Positions 28,553 to 39,067 of a stretch of 64,000 nucleotides of DNA are shown here, one piece after another. Within the stretch, counting starts at the first letter, position 1, and the number at the start of each line of letters is the position of its first letter. Origin of the DNA: a virus. Location: positions 7,122-71,121 of the IMG/VR virus record IMGVR_UViG_3300033153_004457; one strand, 5' to 3'. The notes under the pieces were generated by a model. It was given only the letters and a program-made list of their open reading frames with translations, was not told the DNA's origin and did no database searches. A program made the position numbers and the translations under genes.

Positions 28553-30823
28553 TTATTCCGCCCGGTCGAAAATACCTTGTTTTGAAATCGTGATGATGAA
28601 ACGTTCCACGGTGTCTGCGAGCCACAATGAAATCTCGGCGAACATGTCACCCGCCGCTCTCGTTTCTCTCGTGTTGGTTTCTTCGTCGAGCTTGATGATT
28701 GCGGCTTCGTTCAAGTCCTTTCCTTGTAAGGCCCGTTTCTTCAGCTCCGGTCTGAAATAACTCTTGAGCGCACTGAGAGCTTTCTTGTCGTTGACCGGAT
28801 CGTTGATCGCCCAAATGATCCAATCGAAATTCTCACGCAGATCGTTTTCGTAGTGGCTCATCAGCTCTCGTTGGTGTTTGAACTTCCAAGTCGAGTCCAC
28901 CCACAAGGTCCGGTCGCCATGATGTATGGCGTTTCCGTTTTTGAACTTGATGAGTGCGATTCCGTGCGGGTTGAGTGCTTCGTGATCCAACGTGCGGTCG
29001 CCTGTCGGCAATTTCACGATGTCCGGAAACGTGACTTCGAGGCCAGCCGCCGCTTTGTGGTAGCCGTCCCAATTCTTTGCCATGAGAGCTTCGCGCCCGT
29101 GAATTCCACCGGTCGCCGGTACGAGCTTGAAACCGCCTTGCTTGACCGGGTGCTGAATGTACTTCCACGATGGAAAGGTACAAACGCCCATGTCATTGCG
29201 TCCTACGGTTTCGTTGCAGAACTCGATGGCACCTTCTTCGGTGGTCACGTTCGATGGAATTTCGTAACGGAACTGGTAATTCCTTCCTTCCGCATACTCG
29301 ACGGCTGCGGCCTGGACTGTGCCAGAGCTGATACCGGGAACTGCGATTTTGACAAGACCTTTTCCTTGGTCTTCGAGGTTATTGATGAGACACGTTTCGG
29401 GGTCGAGTGCATTGATGAACGTGTTGTCGTTCACGCCTACCAGACCGTCGTAACCGCTTCCGGCTTCTTGTGGGTACGCAACGCGGAACTCTTTTCCCGC
29501 CGCCGCAACGCCAAGCATTTCCGAACCGGTCTTGACCGTGATCGTGTTGATGGTATTCGCTACGATCTTGAAACGACTGCGGCGGTTGTCTTCTACGTTC
29601 GGGTAGAGGAAACCACTGACCAGCACGCTTGGCACCAGAGGCCGTACATGAACAACGATTTCGTCGGCTGCGACGAATGGTGTTCCACCGGCTGCAATGG
29701 TGAAGCCAAGAGTGAAATCGTTCGGTGCTACATAGGGTGTGCCAACGGTTGCATCGGGTAGCGCACCGAGTGCCGTACTCACAACGTCGAATGTCGTTGC
29801 GTCTTGCGCGGTCAATGTCAACACGTCCGGTTGAACATCGCCACCGTAAGTGAAAGTGCCAACCGTTCCATCACCCGTGTTACCAGGATTCAGAACGATG
29901 GTTTCGATGTCGAAATCCAACACGGTGTCGGTCAGATCGGTGGACACTCCGTAGGTGTTCGCCGGTCGAATGACAGGACTGATACCACCGGTCCATACGT
30001 CTTCGAGAATGACATACTCGTTGTTGCCGTCATCGTTGACGATGCCAAGGTAGTAGTTGTCCGCGTCTGGATCACTGCTCAAGTCTTCGTAGTTGAGCAC
30101 GCGCACACCGTCGAGATAAACTTCCAAACCCCATTCGGTCGTCGGATTTTGCAATCCATCTTTGATGAGAATTCCGAAAGCCTTGTCATCGTTGAGCATA
30201 GTCAACGTCCACGCTTCATCGCTCGATGCGGCGTAATCCGTTACCATGTCTTCGTCCGCTGTCACGGTGACAATGCCGTCTACATCGTTCGTGATGACCT
30301 TGTACGCTTTGCCAGGAATCGCAGCGAAACGTAAGAGAGCGCCCTTGAACTCGTCCTCTAACATGACCGTGTCGGTATCGAAAGTGATAGTCGTGAGGCC
30401 ACCGCCACCGAACACAACGTCGAAGAGCTTCTGGTATTTACCTCCCCATCGTCCACCGTTGTTTGCAAGACACTTGATGACTTGCGGATTCACGCCGCTG
30501 AGTTTTCGCCCGTACAAGTACGTGAACGCTTGAACTTCCGTGCCGTCTGTGATGCGGTTGTAATAGACCTCACCCGCGCCGCGTGAGCGACGGTAGAAGT
30601 CGAAAGCCACATCCGGTACATACGATTCGTCAATGTACGAACCGCACCGGGCGAGGAATTGTGTTCGTGTTCCTGCGCGAATGAGTTTTTCCGTTGAGCC
30701 GCGTTCCAAGGCACCGACGTATGAAGTGGTTCCGAGCTTGCCTTTCGCAATCTGCTTTTCACCTTCTTCTTCGATCAGCCCTACGCCAGCCCCTTGTACC
30801 GGTCCATATCTTCTTCGTGCCAT
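28553..30823 (-). CDS. Contractile tail sheath protein
   Basis: YVGALERG, VPATGGIHG, HKAAAG, LNPHGI, GDRTL, ERFIITISK. Confidence 0.92.
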   Translation of the reverse strand: MARRRYGPVQGAGVGLIEEEGEKQIAKGKLGTTSYVGALERGSTEKLIRAGTRTQFLARCGSYIDESYVPDVAFDFYRRSRGAGEVYYNRITDGTEVQAFTYLYGRKLSGVNPQVIKCLANNGGRWGGKYQKLFDVVFGGGGLTTITFDTDTVMLEDEFKGALLRFAAIPGKAYKVITNDVDGIVTVTADEDMVTDYAASSDEAWTLTMLNDDKAFGILIKDGLQNPTTEWGLEVYLDGVRVLNYEDLSSDPDADNYYLGIVNDDGNNEYVILEDVWTGGISPVIRPANTYGVSTDLTDTVLDFDIETIVLNPGNTGDGTVGTFTYGGDVQPDVLTLTAQDATTFDVVSTALGALPDATVGTPYVAPNDFTLGFTIAAGGTPFVAADEIVVHVRPLVPSVLVSGFLYPNVEDNRRSRFKIVANTINTITVKTGSEMLGVAAAGKEFRVAYPQEAGSGYDGLVGVNDNTFINALDPETCLINNLEDQGKGLVKIAVPGISSGTVQAAAVEYAEGRNYQFRYEIPSNVTTEEGAIEFCNETVGRNDMGVCTFPSWKYIQHPVKQGGFKLVPATGGIHGREALMAKNWDGYHKAAAGLEVTFPDIVKLPTGDRTLDHEALNPHGIALIKFKNGNAIHHGDRTLWVDSTWKFKHQRELMSHYENDLRENFDWIIWAINDPVNDKKALSALKSYFRPELKKRALQGKDLNEAAIIKLDEETNTRETRAAGDMFAEISLWLADTVERFIITISKQGIFDRAE

Positions 30824-30854
30824 AACTTATCCTCCCAAAGATAAGATTGATGTT

Positions 30855-32336
30855 TTAATTTGTAGTCATGCTTCTTTGAAAGTTCCCAACCAATGAAACA
30901 TCTTCCGGCTCTCCAAGATAAGATAACACACGATGAACCGTGAAGCTACCCGTATGGGTTTGCACGTCCGACACGTTTGCCTTGTTGATACTGCTAAACG
31001 TGTCTTTCGAGCTTATGGAATAGGGTATATCCAAGCCTCTCGATGTAATGTATTTATTCTTACGAAAAAAGCGGTGAAGTGCTTCGCCTAACCTTTTCTG
31101 GTCAGTCGGCGAACTCGTAAAGACTGCATACTCAAATATTATGTTGTCCATAGCAGGCGATTTCAAACGAACCCCTGACAAAGTTAACTTGTCTTTCACA
31201 AAGTCCAATTGCCTTGCACCATCCTGTCCTTGGTCCTCCTTCCGTATTCGTTCAAAGACTAAAGAGGGCGTGCGATTGACCTCATAGAAATCTTCTTTAG
31301 TATTGACCGCGATTTCTGGAAAATACCGCAACTTTATTTCGATGATACTACCCGCTGGTTTCACACCGTCGAGCTGTAAAACGCCAGGATCGAAACCGCC
31401 ACCTTCTCTCGGTGTTCCTTTGGTATAAGCGGTTGCAATATTCTTCGTTCGTGTCGGGTCTGTAGATATGTCATAAACAATTTCGTAGTCTGTGAAATTG
31501 TAACCTTCGTTTTCCAATTTGTACGTGTCCGCGAAATTGATTTGATCGGTATCGGCCTGTAATTGAATGTTGATCTGTGCCGTTACTTCCAAGGCTTGTT
31601 CGATTGTCGGAATCACACTTTCATAAATGATGTCTTCCAGGAATTCAATATCGAACAGGCCGAGAAGTTTCAGTTCTCTCACGTAAGGCGTGTACCGGTC
31701 GTCAGAGGTCTTCAAATTAACATCGAAGCGAATGCCCTTGCCGAAACTTGCAATGTCCAAGTCTTCAATATGACGGTTAATTTGCCAAATTGTGTTCCAC
31801 GTTGTCTCGTCGCCAAGTTCCCAATCTCCACTTACTCGATTCCAGTACCAAATGTCATCGCTCGTATCGACGAGGTGGAGGCCGACTGAGCAACGAGAGC
31901 GGAGACCCACGGCCAACCCCTCGGCAAGCTCCGCACCGTCGTCTACGACGATCTTACCGCTATTGAAGCCGGTGATAGTAGCGAAGCCGTCACCCTGGAA
32001 AATTACGTCACCGATTTTCGGTGTGAGAATTGTGCTGTACGTGAACTCCGCTCCTACCTTGTCAGAGAGCGTCACAGGATATTGCTTGAAATCGTCCTCG
32101 GTCGTTCCCCATTCCACGTCAGCCTTGAGCCAACTAAGAAGGGCTTGCGGTGTCGTCTCGCGTGTACGCACGTACAAGTCCGAGTCCGTTGGAAACACGA
32201 GACTCACGGCCTTGAGCTGTATCACTGAGCTTGCCGGGTTCTCTGCGTTCAATCGAACTTTCCCGATGCTCTTTAGCTCCGTGTCATCGCGGGCGCGTTC
32301 GTCGAACAGCCAATATTTGATGAGTTTCGTAATCAT
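30855..32336 (-). CDS. Putative tail terminator/neck protein
   Basis: Directly upstream of sheath; start moved to MITKLIKY (ATGA overlap). Confidence 0.55.
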   Translation of the reverse strand: MITKLIKYWLFDERARDDTELKSIGKVRLNAENPASSVIQLKAVSLVFPTDSDLYVRTRETTPQALLSWLKADVEWGTTEDDFKQYPVTLSDKVGAEFTYSTILTPKIGDVIFQGDGFATITGFNSGKIVVDDGAELAEGLAVGLRSRCSVGLHLVDTSDDIWYWNRVSGDWELGDETTWNTIWQINRHIEDLDIASFGKGIRFDVNLKTSDDRYTPYVRELKLLGLFDIEFLEDIIYESVIPTIEQALEVTAQINIQLQADTDQINFADTYKLENEGYNFTDYEIVYDISTDPTRTKNIATAYTKGTPREGGGFDPGVLQLDGVKPAGSIIEIKLRYFPEIAVNTKEDFYEVNRTPSLVFERIRKEDQGQDGARQLDFVKDKLTLSGVRLKSPAMDNIIFEYAVFTSSPTDQKRLGEALHRFFRKNKYITSRGLDIPYSISSKDTFSSINKANVSDVQTHTGSFTVHRVLSYLGEPEDVSLVGNFQRSMTTN

Positions 32337-32857
32337 AGTTTCCCGTGCTTCTTTAGTACCTTTTTGAGTTCCATTCTCACGCGGGCGACGAGGACCGCTT
32401 GCACCTTGCGATCTTCCCACACGTTACCAAGAAACGGACGTGGTGGAATTCTGATAACCACTCGTCGGCCTCTGTTGTCAATGACGGTAAAGGTTCCACC
32501 CTCGTGTAGAATCGGAATGACTTTGAAGAGTGTACTCTTACCATCACTTGTCGCCTGATCTTTCAGGAAGCCGATTTCGTATGTGAGCTTCCGAATCTGT
32601 TTCTGGTGCAGGGACTTTATCATGCGTCCTTTGTCAATCAGAACGCGGCTGTGTCCCTTCTTCGCTATGGTGTACGGAGCGTTTTCGACATACTGTCCAG
32701 CGTCGATTCGTCTTCGTACTTCTGCGACGAGAAACAATGCACCCCACTTGAGAGCCTTGTTGACCGCCTGTTCCAACTCACCATTCCAGTTGAATTGTAG
32801 AAACCTTTCAATCGATTTCCAATCCCTACCGAAAATGATGTTGCCCTGCATTGCCAC
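32333..32857 (-). CDS. Virion morphogenesis/tail completion protein
   Basis: NAPYTIAKKG...LIDKGRM...HEGG...IPPRPFL. Confidence 0.8.
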   Translation of the reverse strand: MAMQGNIIFGRDWKSIERFLQFNWNGELEQAVNKALKWGALFLVAEVRRRIDAGQYVENAPYTIAKKGHSRVLIDKGRMIKSLHQKQIRKLTYEIGFLKDQATSDGKSTLFKVIPILHEGGTFTVIDNRGRRVVIRIPPRPFLGNVWEDRKVQAVLVARVRMELKKVLKKHGKL

Positions 32858-32860
32858 ACG

Positions 32861-33286
32861 TCAATTCCTATCTTGAAAATCCCACCGCTCCAAAGTGAAA
32901 CCGACACCCTCATAGTGTGCGGCGTTCTTGAAACCCTGTAGGAAGAATTTACAATCTGTCCATTCCACGTCCGGTATACCATAACCTACTATTCGGTCGT
33001 TCTTTTCCAAGACTTTACCAAGCTCCTGTAAGTCCACTTTGCGAACGATTATGTAGCCATCGGTATCGATGACATTTCCTGCGAGTTCGCGTGGCATATG
33101 CGGTGCGCTCGTTGACTCCCGTGATACCTCGGTCTTGCCAAAGAACACTTGAGCTTGAATGCGAAACGTAGATTGGTACGCCACGAAAGTTGACGAGGCC
33201 CGTTTCGCATTCGAGTATTGCGTTTTGGCCTGGTCGACCTTGGCAACCTCGATGAAAATTGGGTTCAGTAAATTTGGTATCGTCAT
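32861..33286 (-). CDS. Head closure/stopper-like protein
   Basis: Synteny; start moved to MTIPNLLNP (ATGA overlap). Confidence 0.55.
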   Translation of the reverse strand: MTIPNLLNPIFIEVAKVDQAKTQYSNAKRASSTFVAYQSTFRIQAQVFFGKTEVSRESTSAPHMPRELAGNVIDTDGYIIVRKVDLQELGKVLEKNDRIVGYGIPDVEWTDCKFFLQGFKNAAHYEGVGFTLERWDFQDRN

Positions 33287-34209
33287 GCTTTCACACTCAC
33301 GTAAGGTCTCGGTACACTCGGCATCGTGCCGCCCATGGCAATCGGTGCCTTGTACATTTGAATGATGCGGTCCATTTCTGGATCGCCGCTCATTCTCGTT
33401 TGTATCTGTGCGCCCGCAGTTTCCTCGACGGTATCCCATTCGATTTCGTGCAGGTCGGTTTTTTCTTTCTTCTTTTGTTGTGCGGAAGATTCGAGCGGGT
33501 TGCGGTCGAGGGTGAGCTGTCGCGCTGCCCATCGGCCTGTCAGCCATCGGATGGCATCGGGTGTGCTGCCATCTTCTTCGAGAAAACCCCATGAACCTTC
33601 CAAAACGGACGTGTACCCCTTCACGAAAAACCGCGTGGTATGAGAGTTCTCGAAGATCGAAGTGCCACCGGTAACGAGCATGATTTTCGGGTTGCGTCTG
33701 TCGTCCGGTAGTGTCCGACTGTCGAACACTTTGTACTCGTCGGTTATCAATTCGATTTCACTGTTGAGAATGAAACTTGTTATCTCGATGATCGGCACGC
33801 AGAAATGAAACATCGGTGTGTTGTTACCCTCGATGTTCACGGGTGACAGCGTGCGCTTGTTGAACCACTGGCCCGTCCAAAGGTCAACCCTCTGCATTGC
33901 GAACGACCGAAGTATTGTCAGCTCTTCGATGGTTTTCGTGCTGCGGAAAATCATCGCATCGCCGTTCTCGAAATTGGTTGCGTCTTCTAGCTCGACCTTG
34001 GTTGCACTTGGAATCGCCGCAACACGCTGTGCGTAAACGCCCTGCGTTACGATGTCATTCACCGCAGGGGCAAACGTGTGGTCCGCGTGGTCAAACGTGT
34101 TCACGGTCTTGTTAGATAGCGTGAGCTTGCTCTTATAGCTAACGAAGGTCGACGGGAAGAGTTGCAAGAGCAAGCCTTGATATGTGATGTATGCACCTTC
34201 ATTGTCCAT
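33283..34209 (-). CDS. Head-tail adaptor-like protein
   Basis: VDLWTGQWF...GSWGF...TPDAIR...SGDPEMDRIIQMYK. Confidence 0.65.
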   Translation of the reverse strand: MDNEGAYITYQGLLLQLFPSTFVSYKSKLTLSNKTVNTFDHADHTFAPAVNDIVTQGVYAQRVAAIPSATKVELEDATNFENGDAMIFRSTKTIEELTILRSFAMQRVDLWTGQWFNKRTLSPVNIEGNNTPMFHFCVPIIEITSFILNSEIELITDEYKVFDSRTLPDDRRNPKIMLVTGGTSIFENSHTTRFFVKGYTSVLEGSWGFLEEDGSTPDAIRWLTGRWAARQLTLDRNPLESSAQQKKKEKTDLHEIEWDTVEETAGAQIQTRMSGDPEMDRIIQMYKAPIAMGGTMPSVPRPYVSVKA

Positions 34210-34236
34210 TATATGACTCCGTTTCAGAGTTATTGC

Positions 34237-34737
34237 TTATGCAATTTTCCAACAGAGGACCGCCATTCTCATTCTGGTAACTTCCCTGAGATCGTCTTTT
34301 ACCACCATCTTCACGAGGTCGCTATCTTCACTACGGCCTTCCATCTGAATGCCCTCACCGAATACCAGTGAACCTGCATAGTAATCATCTTCGTTTAAGA
34401 AACCAGCGGAACCGTTGCCAATGTTTCTGTCTATCGGAAACAACATGAGCAAGTCGGTGTTGTCCACTACGTCTGTCACTTTGGAGTCACAGCAGTTTAC
34501 CCGCATGACCAACTTCAAACCGTTGGTTAGCTTGCTTTCCAGCGCGGCAAATTTATTGTGCATCATGTCGCCGTCATCGAGCAAGAAAAAGAAGAGGCGT
34601 TCGAGATTCCACATTTCACCTTCGGGCGGTTCCCATTTGAATGTGATGGTGGCTTCTACCGAGCCTTCCACGTTCATTTCTTTGGAACCGGAATTCTCTA
34701 GGTACGCCCATTCGTAAATTCTATTATGTTCGATCAT
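34237..34737 (-). CDS. Hypothetical structural protein, paralog of 34740 C-terminal domain
   Basis: Shared NV.GS...FK...LTNG...V.D(D/N)L motifs. Confidence 0.6.
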   Translation of the reverse strand: MIEHNRIYEWAYLENSGSKEMNVEGSVEATITFKWEPPEGEMWNLERLFFFLLDDGDMMHNKFAALESKLTNGLKLVMRVNCCDSKVTDVVDNTDLLMLFPIDRNIGNGSAGFLNEDDYYAGSLVFGEGIQMEGRSEDSDLVKMVVKDDLREVTRMRMAVLCWKIA

Positions 34738-34739
34738 AC

Positions 34740-35885
34740 CTATTCCTCGAAAAATCCAACGGCGCTTACTCTTATTCTACCAATGGCCGACAGGTTATCT
34801 TGCACCGTTACAATGATCTCATCCGGTGTTCCAAATGTCCCAATCTTCCGAATGAAGAACGGGCGTGCGAACACCGCAACAAGGGAGTAAGCCGACTGAC
34901 CAACCAAATCGAATTTCGATCCTGCGCCGAACGCGAACTGGTGATGTATGTCTTCCGTAACTTTCAGCGTTTCATCGTATTCAAGATTCCCGTCGCTCCT
35001 GATCTGGAACATGTGTCCGTTGGTCAGTGCGGTGACTTTGATATACTTGTTAGCCCCAATTGAGAAGGCGTTCGTCGTCGCCTCGAAACGTAATTCCGTG
35101 ACGATGAAATCCTTCTCATTGTTTGCTATGTATTTCGGGTTGTTCGATAACTTGAATATTCTCGGTGCACCTAAACTGCCAACCACATTCTGTTCAATGT
35201 TTTCGTCCACTTCCATTAGCTCTAAATGGATCGGAGGACGACCGGTTTCGATGACTCCAATTTCTCCTGTGACATTGATTGTACCCTTACGACAGTCGAG
35301 CGGGTGCGGAAAGATGGCAAGTGCAATCGGTCGGTCAATGAACGTATCGAATGCAAGTGTGGTGTCAATATTGCCGGTGGTGAAGTGCTGAACGTCATTG
35401 GAATCGGGCCGTAGAGTTTGGATGAGTTTGGCTTGCAAACAGACAAGGTGGCTGGCCCTTGGTACAGACGCTTCGTACAGGGCGCTGAAATTCCCGTCCG
35501 CTTTCAGGTCGTCGCGGTGTTGTTTCGCCAGGTCGTTGTCGTCGAGGTGTCCCGCTGTCCGTGTGGTCGTTACATCGATACTGTCGTCTGGAATGTACGT
35601 TCGCATCGTGTCGCCGATGTCGCCGATGTCGTGTACTTCTATCCAGGTGTAAGGAAAGACGACCTCTCCCAGAAGGCTTTCTACCACCGCTTTTGCGGAG
35701 GTCTGCAAACGGCGCACGCCTTCATCTAAGAAAACGTCAGCGGTATGAACGCCGTCACGCCCTAGTAGTTGGGCTTGCGTGGCGAGTGCGAATTTACTGT
35801 CCGCACGCTGTACCACTGCGGCAACGTTACCGGTTGGCCCGTATATGGCTACTATTCCCTCAACTAATGTGAGCTTCGTACTCAT
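34740..35885 (-). CDS. Hypothetical structural protein
   Basis: 381 aa ORF in operon with SD. Confidence 0.65.
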   Translation of the reverse strand: MSTKLTLVEGIVAIYGPTGNVAAVVQRADSKFALATQAQLLGRDGVHTADVFLDEGVRRLQTSAKAVVESLLGEVVFPYTWIEVHDIGDIGDTMRTYIPDDSIDVTTTRTAGHLDDNDLAKQHRDDLKADGNFSALYEASVPRASHLVCLQAKLIQTLRPDSNDVQHFTTGNIDTTLAFDTFIDRPIALAIFPHPLDCRKGTINVTGEIGVIETGRPPIHLELMEVDENIEQNVVGSLGAPRIFKLSNNPKYIANNEKDFIVTELRFEATTNAFSIGANKYIKVTALTNGHMFQIRSDGNLEYDETLKVTEDIHHQFAFGAGSKFDLVGQSAYSLVAVFARPFFIRKIGTFGTPDEIIVTVQDNLSAIGRIRVSAVGFFEE

Positions 35886-35894
35886 GTCATCCCT

Positions 35895-36275
35895 TTATGG
35901 CAACGGGCACGCGGGCGAGTCCTCACGTACAATCGTTGTCTCGAAGTCATCCACAAAGATACCGGTACGATTGATAACCGTTGTGATGGTTGCTATCAGT
36001 GTCGTTCCGAGTGCTTGGTCGAAGACCTCTGTTTCTACCTCGTCTACGAAAATACCCATTCTGCTGATTTCCGTACTCGCTCTGAGTTTCGCTTTCGTGT
36101 TGTCCTCATACCAATCGATTCGAGCAACCCAAATTCCAGAGCGTATGACTTCCTCGAACCCGGACCCGTGGATGTACTCTTCCAGATCACTAAGTATCTG
36201 GTCGAGGTACGCTCCACGAGCCGCAGAGGGCAAGAGGTGTAGGTCATGTTGAATGCGGTCGCTGTCTGTGCTCAT
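35895..36275 (-). CDS. Hypothetical protein
   Basis: Coupled ORF with internal R.GI(F/W)V repeats. Confidence 0.55.
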   Translation of the reverse strand: MSTDSDRIQHDLHLLPSAARGAYLDQILSDLEEYIHGSGFEEVIRSGIWVARIDWYEDNTKAKLRASTEISRMGIFVDEVETEVFDQALGTTLIATITTVINRTGIFVDDFETTIVREDSPACPLP

Positions 36276-37555
36276 TACCTGTCCACATTTTCCATCGGCT
36301 CACGGTAGTCGATGACAAGCTCTTCCGAGCATTTCGGTGGCACCTTCATCCGGTTCTGTTCGTTCGTTCGGATATGCAGGGAAACCCATTTGTATCCGGT
36401 GTTCACGATCAGGTTGTTATAGATTTGTGGAATCTCGGCATAGTCGCCCGTGCCGTCGTTCGCACCAGCGGCCAGAGCGGTCGGTCCAAACGGCGCTACC
36501 ACACCGCTTCCATCGCCACCCCATTGGGCTTGCAGAATGCGTTTCACGTCTGCGTCTGCGTTCAGTGCTGCCGCGATTTCTGCCGCTGTCGCTGCGCCTG
36601 TGTTGTCATTGATCGTGATGACATACCCTGTGCTGTACTTGCCTGTGACCACGATGGTGAAACCCGCGCCCGCTGCGACTTCCACGGTCGTCAGGTCGCC
36701 AGCGGTTCCGAGAATCATGCTGGTGAACTTGAGCGAATCGTCGTCACCGGGGTAAGTTCCTTGTTCGAGGAACGACCTTGTACCGGCTGTTCCAAGCCGC
36801 AAGCGGCCAGAGTCCAACCAGAGTTTCGAGCTTCCGAAACGGAACAGATTGTCAACGTCGAACACTGTGAACGAGCCGTCACCGGTTCCGATGTATTCGT
36901 TTTCAATCGGTCGGTCGATTTCGTCGATGCGTTCTTGGTTGCGCCAGATCGCCTCTTGGACAGTGATGTCCTGCGAAATGAACAGCGGGTTCGCCGCAAG
37001 CGAATCGGGGTTCGTGGTGAGCGTGACGGATGCCAGGTTGTTCGCTTCGTCCGCGTTCGGGTTGACCGCTTGTACGGTCACATCGTCAACGACCAAACCG
37101 TCGTCATCTTGGATGTCGAACTTGTCGCCCGGTCGGATGAAGGAAACGTCTGCAACGTAATAGATTCCTTGCCCGCCGCTGATGTCTTGTGACAAGATCG
37201 GTTCACGAATTCGGAAATTGACTTCGCCGGAAAACTTCCGCTTGTACAAACGGTCGATGGATTGCTGTGCACTCAGGATGGTCTGGCAAAGAATGTACGG
37301 CGTTTGTCCTGCGGGTAAGCCCGTGGTATCAACCGCTGCATCGAGTGTGAGTGAGAGGCCGGGGTCAATCGCATCGACTGTCCGGTTGTCGTCGATGACA
37401 CTGACGATACAGCCTTTCGCGTCGACCGCGACCACATCGACGGTATCACCTTCCTCGAAATACCATGTCCCTTCGACAAGTAACTTGTCGTCATTCGCCG
37501 GGGTCGTGTTCTCGACCATTAACGGCGTGTTTACTCTTCCTGCCCATTTTTGCAT
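36275..37555 (-). CDS. Hypothetical structural protein with sheath-insert-like domain
   Basis: TAAEIAAALNAD...GDGSGVV...LAAGANDG segment. Confidence 0.6.
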   Translation of the reverse strand: MQKWAGRVNTPLMVENTTPANDDKLLVEGTWYFEEGDTVDVVAVDAKGCIVSVIDDNRTVDAIDPGLSLTLDAAVDTTGLPAGQTPYILCQTILSAQQSIDRLYKRKFSGEVNFRIREPILSQDISGGQGIYYVADVSFIRPGDKFDIQDDDGLVVDDVTVQAVNPNADEANNLASVTLTTNPDSLAANPLFISQDITVQEAIWRNQERIDEIDRPIENEYIGTGDGSFTVFDVDNLFRFGSSKLWLDSGRLRLGTAGTRSFLEQGTYPGDDDSLKFTSMILGTAGDLTTVEVAAGAGFTIVVTGKYSTGYVITINDNTGAATAAEIAAALNADADVKRILQAQWGGDGSGVVAPFGPTALAAGANDGTGDYAEIPQIYNNLIVNTGYKWVSLHIRTNEQNRMKVPPKCSEELVIDYREPMENVDR

Positions 37556-37556
37556 T

Positions 37557-38009
37557 TCACGTACCTCCCTTGGTATTGAAAGTTATTCGCCTGTCGTATG
37601 TCACCTCCAAAGTTTCAAAGCCGTTGGGAGGCGTGTGTAGCCCTATGTATACGTTTGGTGACAGGATTAAAGTGAATCCTTGCCGGTCCAACTTTTCCAA
37701 ATAATGAATTCCACTTACAAGTTTATCACCTCCGAGCCATACACTCAAACTACCAGGTATGAATTCGTGTGTCGTGTCGTACTCAAGATTGTCACAGTCC
37801 TTCGTTCCGATTGGTATTTCAGTGACAGGAATGCCAACTTTTGAAAAGTACGATTCCAAAACAAATTGAAGATTCTGTTTATCTCCAAGTTCAAGTATCT
37901 CAGCATCGAGCACGCCGTTCGTATAGTGCAGCTGGAATATAATTTCCCGCGCTCTATGAATGAGTTCTGCATGACAGTCTTGTATGTCACAGCATCCACC
38001 ACAACTCAA
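37557..38009 (-). CDS. Hypothetical structural protein (beta-sandwich-like)
   Basis: FIPGSLSVWLGG...PPNGFETLEVTY; Cys-rich N-terminus; TTG start. Confidence 0.55.
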   Translation of the reverse strand: MSCGGCCDIQDCHAELIHRAREIIFQLHYTNGVLDAEILELGDKQNLQFVLESYFSKVGIPVTEIPIGTKDCDNLEYDTTHEFIPGSLSVWLGGDKLVSGIHYLEKLDRQGFTLILSPNVYIGLHTPPNGFETLEVTYDRRITFNTKGGT

Positions 38010-38022
38010 GGTACGACCTCTC

Positions 38023-38637
38023 CTACGGGAAGACTAGCTGGTCGTCCCTGTTTATCAAGTTAAACGGATCGACCACTTCATACGTGTACGTGCGGACGAT
38101 CTGTACTGTTTTTCCTTCTAGTGCATTTATACCGGCTGATTCCGCAGTCCATTGAGTCAGCCTGTAAACGCCGTCTATCTCGGTCCACACGTAATCCTTT
38201 TCAACATCGTCGGCACATAAAATAAGTAGTTTCAGATTCCGTTCCGAAAGTGCCGTTGAGACTTGCGCGTTAATCGACCCGTCAGGGTTGACCCACATGT
38301 CGTAACCGGAACGACTGTGAACGATTGCACGCTTGGAACGCTTGGTAATGGCCGATCTCTCGTCCCAAGCGTTGACTTCTATTTCGGCACCGGCAGAGTT
38401 AGAACAGTACAGCCAAATGCGGTACTCTTCTACGCCCTCTAGTTCAATGCCTTCGTGGTGCCAGGGGATACGGCCTTGAATGTCTCGACCGTTGAAAGAG
38501 TAAAAGACATCATAGAGGTCGGACAAGTTCAAGAGCAATAGGCTCTCCATCGTCCGCCCGAAAGTCCATGTGGGCTGTGCTGTAAAGGCCGTGTTGGACA
38601 CGACCTTTACATCATAAAAGTGTCCTGAACGTGCCAC
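38023..38637 (-). CDS. Hypothetical structural protein
   Basis: GTG start with GGAGG SD; VNPDGSIN motif. Confidence 0.55.
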   Translation of the reverse strand: MARSGHFYDVKVVSNTAFTAQPTWTFGRTMESLLLLNLSDLYDVFYSFNGRDIQGRIPWHHEGIELEGVEEYRIWLYCSNSAGAEIEVNAWDERSAITKRSKRAIVHSRSGYDMWVNPDGSINAQVSTALSERNLKLLILCADDVEKDYVWTEIDGVYRLTQWTAESAGINALEGKTVQIVRTYTYEVVDPFNLINRDDQLVFP

Positions 38638-38653
38638 GGTTCCTCCCCGTGGG

Positions 38654-39037
38654 TCACGGCAGGGCGACTACGAAAAACTTCTGATCCACTGTGACGTTGA
38701 TCTTTACATCTGCGTCATCGTGTGCGCCTTGCGCGGGTGCCCAGTTCTCACCGGCTGGCACATACGAAGGAACGATCAGTACGTGAGTCGGTACAACCGC
38801 TGCACCATCGGCGTCAACGAGTCCGTGCGTCACGTCTTCTTCATTCCCCGTACCCGTTTGTTCGGCAGACACGAACAGGCTGTCCTGTTTCAGTGCCAGA
38901 CCAGCCGCGAGGGCTGCGGCTACTGTTACCGTATCAGATTTCTCGTTCAGCGTTTCCGCAAGAATTGGTTCGGCAGCGTCACGCGTACCGCTCGTCGTAT
39001 TTCTTCCACCATCGAAATGGTTTTCGTTGAGAGTCAT
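38654..39037 (-). CDS. Putative head decoration protein
   Basis: Small beta-rich protein, VTHGL...VPTHVLIVP; near capsid gene. Confidence 0.45.
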   Translation of the reverse strand: MTLNENHFDGGRNTTSGTRDAAEPILAETLNEKSDTVTVAAALAAGLALKQDSLFVSAEQTGTGNEEDVTHGLVDADGAAVVPTHVLIVPSYVPAGENWAPAQGAHDDADVKINVTVDQKFFVVALP

Positions 39038-39067
39038 ATGAAACCCCTCCCTAAGAAGGCTTGTGGG

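Noticed and set aside
13537-30823. Stand-alone tailocin or eCIS
   Set aside because: Terminase, portal, protease and capsid are in the same operon
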